From: an uncultured Nitrospiraceae bacterium
GTDB lineage: Bacteria > Nitrospirota > Nitrospiria > Nitrospirales > Nitrospiraceae
Direction of reading: 5' to 3'
Assembly: GCA_963846575.1 (NCBI GenBank)
Contig: CAWJWJ010000002.1
Coordinates: 1,280,001 to 1,344,000, forward strand
DNA: 64,000 bases
The first letter of the stretch is position 1. Each line of letters starts with the position of its first letter. The notes under the pieces were generated by a model. The model saw nothing but the letters and a program-made list of their open reading frames with translations. It made no database searches and was not told the origin of the DNA. Of this stretch, positions 62,101 through 64,000 are shown one piece after another. The position numbers and the translations under genes were made by a program.

Positions 62101-62342
62101 CGGCACTCGTCGCCGCGCTAGGATTAACTCCCCTTCTTTTGGCGAGCGGTCCTGGCTCAGAGGTTCAACGCCCACTCGCGACCGTCGTGATCGGCGGACT
62201 GATCTCATCAACCGTCCTGACGCTTATCCTGCTTCCAGTTCTCTATCACTGGCTTGAAAACCGAACCGAAGAATCGAGTGACCATCTACCGGAAAGCTCT
62301 CCTTCGACAACTCCCGTTGCTACGCCAGGAAATGCTGGTTAG
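59196..62342 (+). CDS. czcA: CusA/CzcA heavy-metal efflux RND transporter
   Basis: LPIDAFPDVT, ANLMSLGG, GMIVDAAIVQVEN, RPVLMTA, GSEVQRPLATVVIGG. Confidence 0.93.
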   Translation: MIERLIQGSLNQRLIVLIAVALLVVGGIAAFRVLPIDAFPDVTPIQVQVITRASSLAPTEIERLVTFPLEIELTNLPGKTELRSVSRFGLSVITVVFHDKIDVYFARQVVLEKLVQARSRLPQGADTALGPVSTGLGEVYMYLVDGPSHDLMQLRTLQDWLIRPMLRAVSGLADVDTLGGMAKQYEVLVEPNRLTSLGLTLRQVHAAVLGNNQNAGGSYIEQGGDKLVVYGVGLARSAHDLEQIVVSAHKGTPIYVRDVAEVRQGAAIRLGAVTRDGKGEVLEGIAVMLRGGNSREVLSSVKEKVKLINSVLPAGVTMTPFYDRIELVARALDTVERALLEGAAVVILVLYLFLRNLRGALVVALTLPLATTATFIIMQQVGLTANLMSLGGLAISLGMIVDAAIVQVENVERHLGEQVPRRGMTLRERLPIVLRAVLEVRRPSLFGELIIALTFVPLLTLQGIEGKMFVPLAMTVVIALLSSLVLSMTVIPVLALMLMQPRGTTEPTRLLDKSRRIYRGILEAAIRNTALVITVFAGLLVGGLALLPFIGREFVPIMDEGTIVVNLMRPASISLSESLKIAGEVERLLLDMPDVRSVVSRTGANELGTDPMGMELSDMYVLLKPNREWQARSKGEIEEQIRQRLGQVPGVTFGLSQPIAMRVDELVSGVRSQVAVKLFGDDLETLRTKGDEIARVLGQVRGISDIRVEQVSGLYYLKIDIDRTKIARHGINVAEITEVIEAVGAGLAAGEIFEGQWRFPIMVRFPDERRVDVATIAALWVTAPDGSRIPLKELADVRIVEGPAQISREHASRRIVIELNVVGRDLVGAVEEAQSAVGRLVSLSPGYYVTWGGQFENQRRAMARLVVVVPAVFGLIFLLLFFTFRKIKQAALILLAIPFAMVGGLLALFLTGMYLSVPASVGFIALFGIAVLNGVVKVSYINQLREQGMPLKEAVLSGMVLRFRPVLMTALVAALGLTPLLLASGPGSEVQRPLATVVIGGLISSTVLTLILLPVLYHWLENRTEESSDHLPESSPSTTPVATPGNAG

Positions 62343-62365
62343 GGCCACTCTAGAGAAAGGCGACT

Positions 62366-63265
62366 ATGGGTGCGGGACATAACCACGGCCATGTTGGACA
62401 TGGTCAGCCTCGAAATGGGATGCTACTCGTCCTGCTCTTAACAAGTGCATTCATGGGCCTTGAAGCACTTGCAGGCTGGCTCACAGGCAGCTTAGCCCTC
62501 TGGGCCGATGCCGGACACATGTTGGCCGACGTGGCCGCCTTGAGCCTCAGCACGTTCGCAATGTGGATAGCCACGAAGGAATCCACGCCTGACAAAACCT
62601 ATGGATATCACCGTGCGGAGATCCTGGCCGCCGTCTGCAACGCCGTGGTGCTGCTTTTATTGGCCTGCTGGATTTTGTATGAGGCATCCACGCGCTTTTA
62701 TCATCCCGCAGGTGTGCTCGGCTTGCCGGTCATGCTGGTCGGAGCGGGGGGGCTAGCCATCAACTTACTGTGTTTGAGGCTCCTTGCTGGAGGCCGGGAA
62801 GCCAGCATCAATATCCGGAGCGCCTACTTAGAGGTTTTGAGTGATGCGATAACCTCCATTGGCGTGGTAATTGGGGGAGCTATCATCTGGCTGACCGGAT
62901 GGCAACCCATTGATCCTCTTCTCAGCATCCTTATCACGCTGTTCATCGTATGGCGAACATGGCTGCTTCTGTCTCAGGCGGTGAACATACTCATGGAAGG
63001 CGTCCCGCCGCATCTCAATGCCGAAGAGATCGCCAACGCCATGATCAAAGTGGGGGGCGTGAAAGAGGTGCATGATCTCCACATCTGGACCATCACCTCG
63101 GGTCGGGATGCATTGAGCGCTCATATTATTGTGTCGGCCGGCAAGAATCGAGATAGCGTCCTAGTGGATGTTCAACACATGCTTCAAGAGCAATTCCACA
63201 TTGACCATCTCACCTTACAGATGATGGAGCAGCGTCTTGAGTGGATTCAGCCAGATAAGAATTGA
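62366..63265 (+). CDS. czcD: Cation diffusion facilitator (CzcD/ZitB)
   Basis: His-rich N-terminus, [30 protein letters not shown]. Confidence 0.92.
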   Translation: MGAGHNHGHVGHGQPRNGMLLVLLLTSAFMGLEALAGWLTGSLALWADAGHMLADVAALSLSTFAMWIATKESTPDKTYGYHRAEILAAVCNAVVLLLLACWILYEASTRFYHPAGVLGLPVMLVGAGGLAINLLCLRLLAGGREASINIRSAYLEVLSDAITSIGVVIGGAIIWLTGWQPIDPLLSILITLFIVWRTWLLLSQAVNILMEGVPPHLNAEEIANAMIKVGGVKEVHDLHIWTITSGRDALSAHIIVSAGKNRDSVLVDVQHMLQEQFHIDHLTLQMMEQRLEWIQPDKN

Positions 63266-63624
63266 CAGTCAACCATGTGATGCGAGCGCTCTCTGTGGCG
63301 TTACCACGATCAATAGGTTTGTTTGTGCTCGCTGGGCTTTGTGAGATTGGCGGCGGTTACCTGGTGTGGATATGGCTTCGTCAAGGGAAACCGATCGGTT
63401 ATGCACTCTGTGGCGCTCTTGTCCTAATACTGTATGCCATCATTCCTACGTTTCAGTCGGCTCATTTCGGCCGAGTCTACGCGGCCTATGGAGGAATGTT
63501 TATCGTATTATCACTGCTGTGGGGGTGGGGTTTCGACGGAACGCGGCCGGATCGGTTTGACGCGATCGGCTGCCTGATCTGCCTCATCGGCATGATGGTC
63601 ATCATGTATTGGCCGAGAGGATAA
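63262..63624 (+). CDS. ynfA: YnfA (UPF0060) SMR-like membrane protein
   Basis: [28 protein letters not shown]. Confidence 0.9.
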   Translation: MTVNHVMRALSVALPRSIGLFVLAGLCEIGGGYLVWIWLRQGKPIGYALCGALVLILYAIIPTFQSAHFGRVYAAYGGMFIVLSLLWGWGFDGTRPDRFDAIGCLICLIGMMVIMYWPRG

Positions 63625-64000
63625 CAACGTGTGATTCGTCAGAAATCCTGCCTGATCGCAGAGGGGCGTTTTTACGTCACTAACTGCCCATTTTTGCTCT
63701 GACTCGTCCGGCTATTGTTTCTTTGATTATTAGTTAGTGTTTATTCGACCGCATTCTCACTGCCGTGTCGCTCGCACTTCATTTGCACGGTACCGTTCTT
63801 TAATTCCATTTTAAAACGCTCGCAGTAGGGTCATTTGGATCTAGCTGGGCAGTTTTTCGGCCCTATCGTGAATTTTCCATGAAAAATGGGAGTCCGGAAG
63901 CTTCGCACATGCTTTAGACGTAATTTTACGTAATGCGGCGCTGCTGATCGACAACTGCCTAGAACTTGCCTTGCGGTCCTCAATTAATCGCGACTGGAGC

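Larger units (their letters stand above)
39470..64000. mobile_element. Integrated copper/heavy-metal genomic island (right end outside window)
   Basis: Starts at the broken tRNA-Arg next to integrase remnants; dense metal-homeostasis cargo, several pseudogenes, AT-richer patches. Confidence 0.65.

Overview
A GC-rich (roughly 60%, by eye) bacterial chromosome segment. Gene content and style are most consistent with Nitrospira, which is inference and not verified by search. Bases 1-29225 look like core genome: a thiS-cysK-moeB sulfur-carrier cluster, hemW, clpS, an FGE-domain/heme-oxygenase-like gene pair, metH, an HD-GYP response regulator, rph-rdgB and tRNA-Pro(TGG). This part also holds a ~320-nt ORF-free multi-hairpin segment (9085-9400) that looks like an unannotated structured RNA. 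After tRNA-Pro the window is layered accessory DNA. (i) A CstB-like persulfide dioxygenase-rhodanese gene with four YeeE/YedE genes. (ii) A pqqABCDE operon, whose 59-aa pqqA is missing from the ORF track, followed by a permease and a PQQ-type sugar dehydrogenase. (iii) Decayed tyrosine-integrase remnants next to a tRNA-Arg(TCT) gene cut exactly at the anticodon loop. (iv) A MelC1/MelC2-like caddie-tyrosinase pair and a second tRNA-like att remnant. (v) A large copper/heavy-metal island running off the right edge: Tat-Csp, copZ, frameshifted copA ATPase, DUF4396-multicopper oxidase fusion, frameshifted CopA/PcoA oxidase with CopB, Tat 2-domain oxidase with TolC, a pseudogenised CorE-like ECF sigma factor, czcCBA-czcD and ynfA. 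No CRISPR array, rRNA or intact transposase/integrase was seen.
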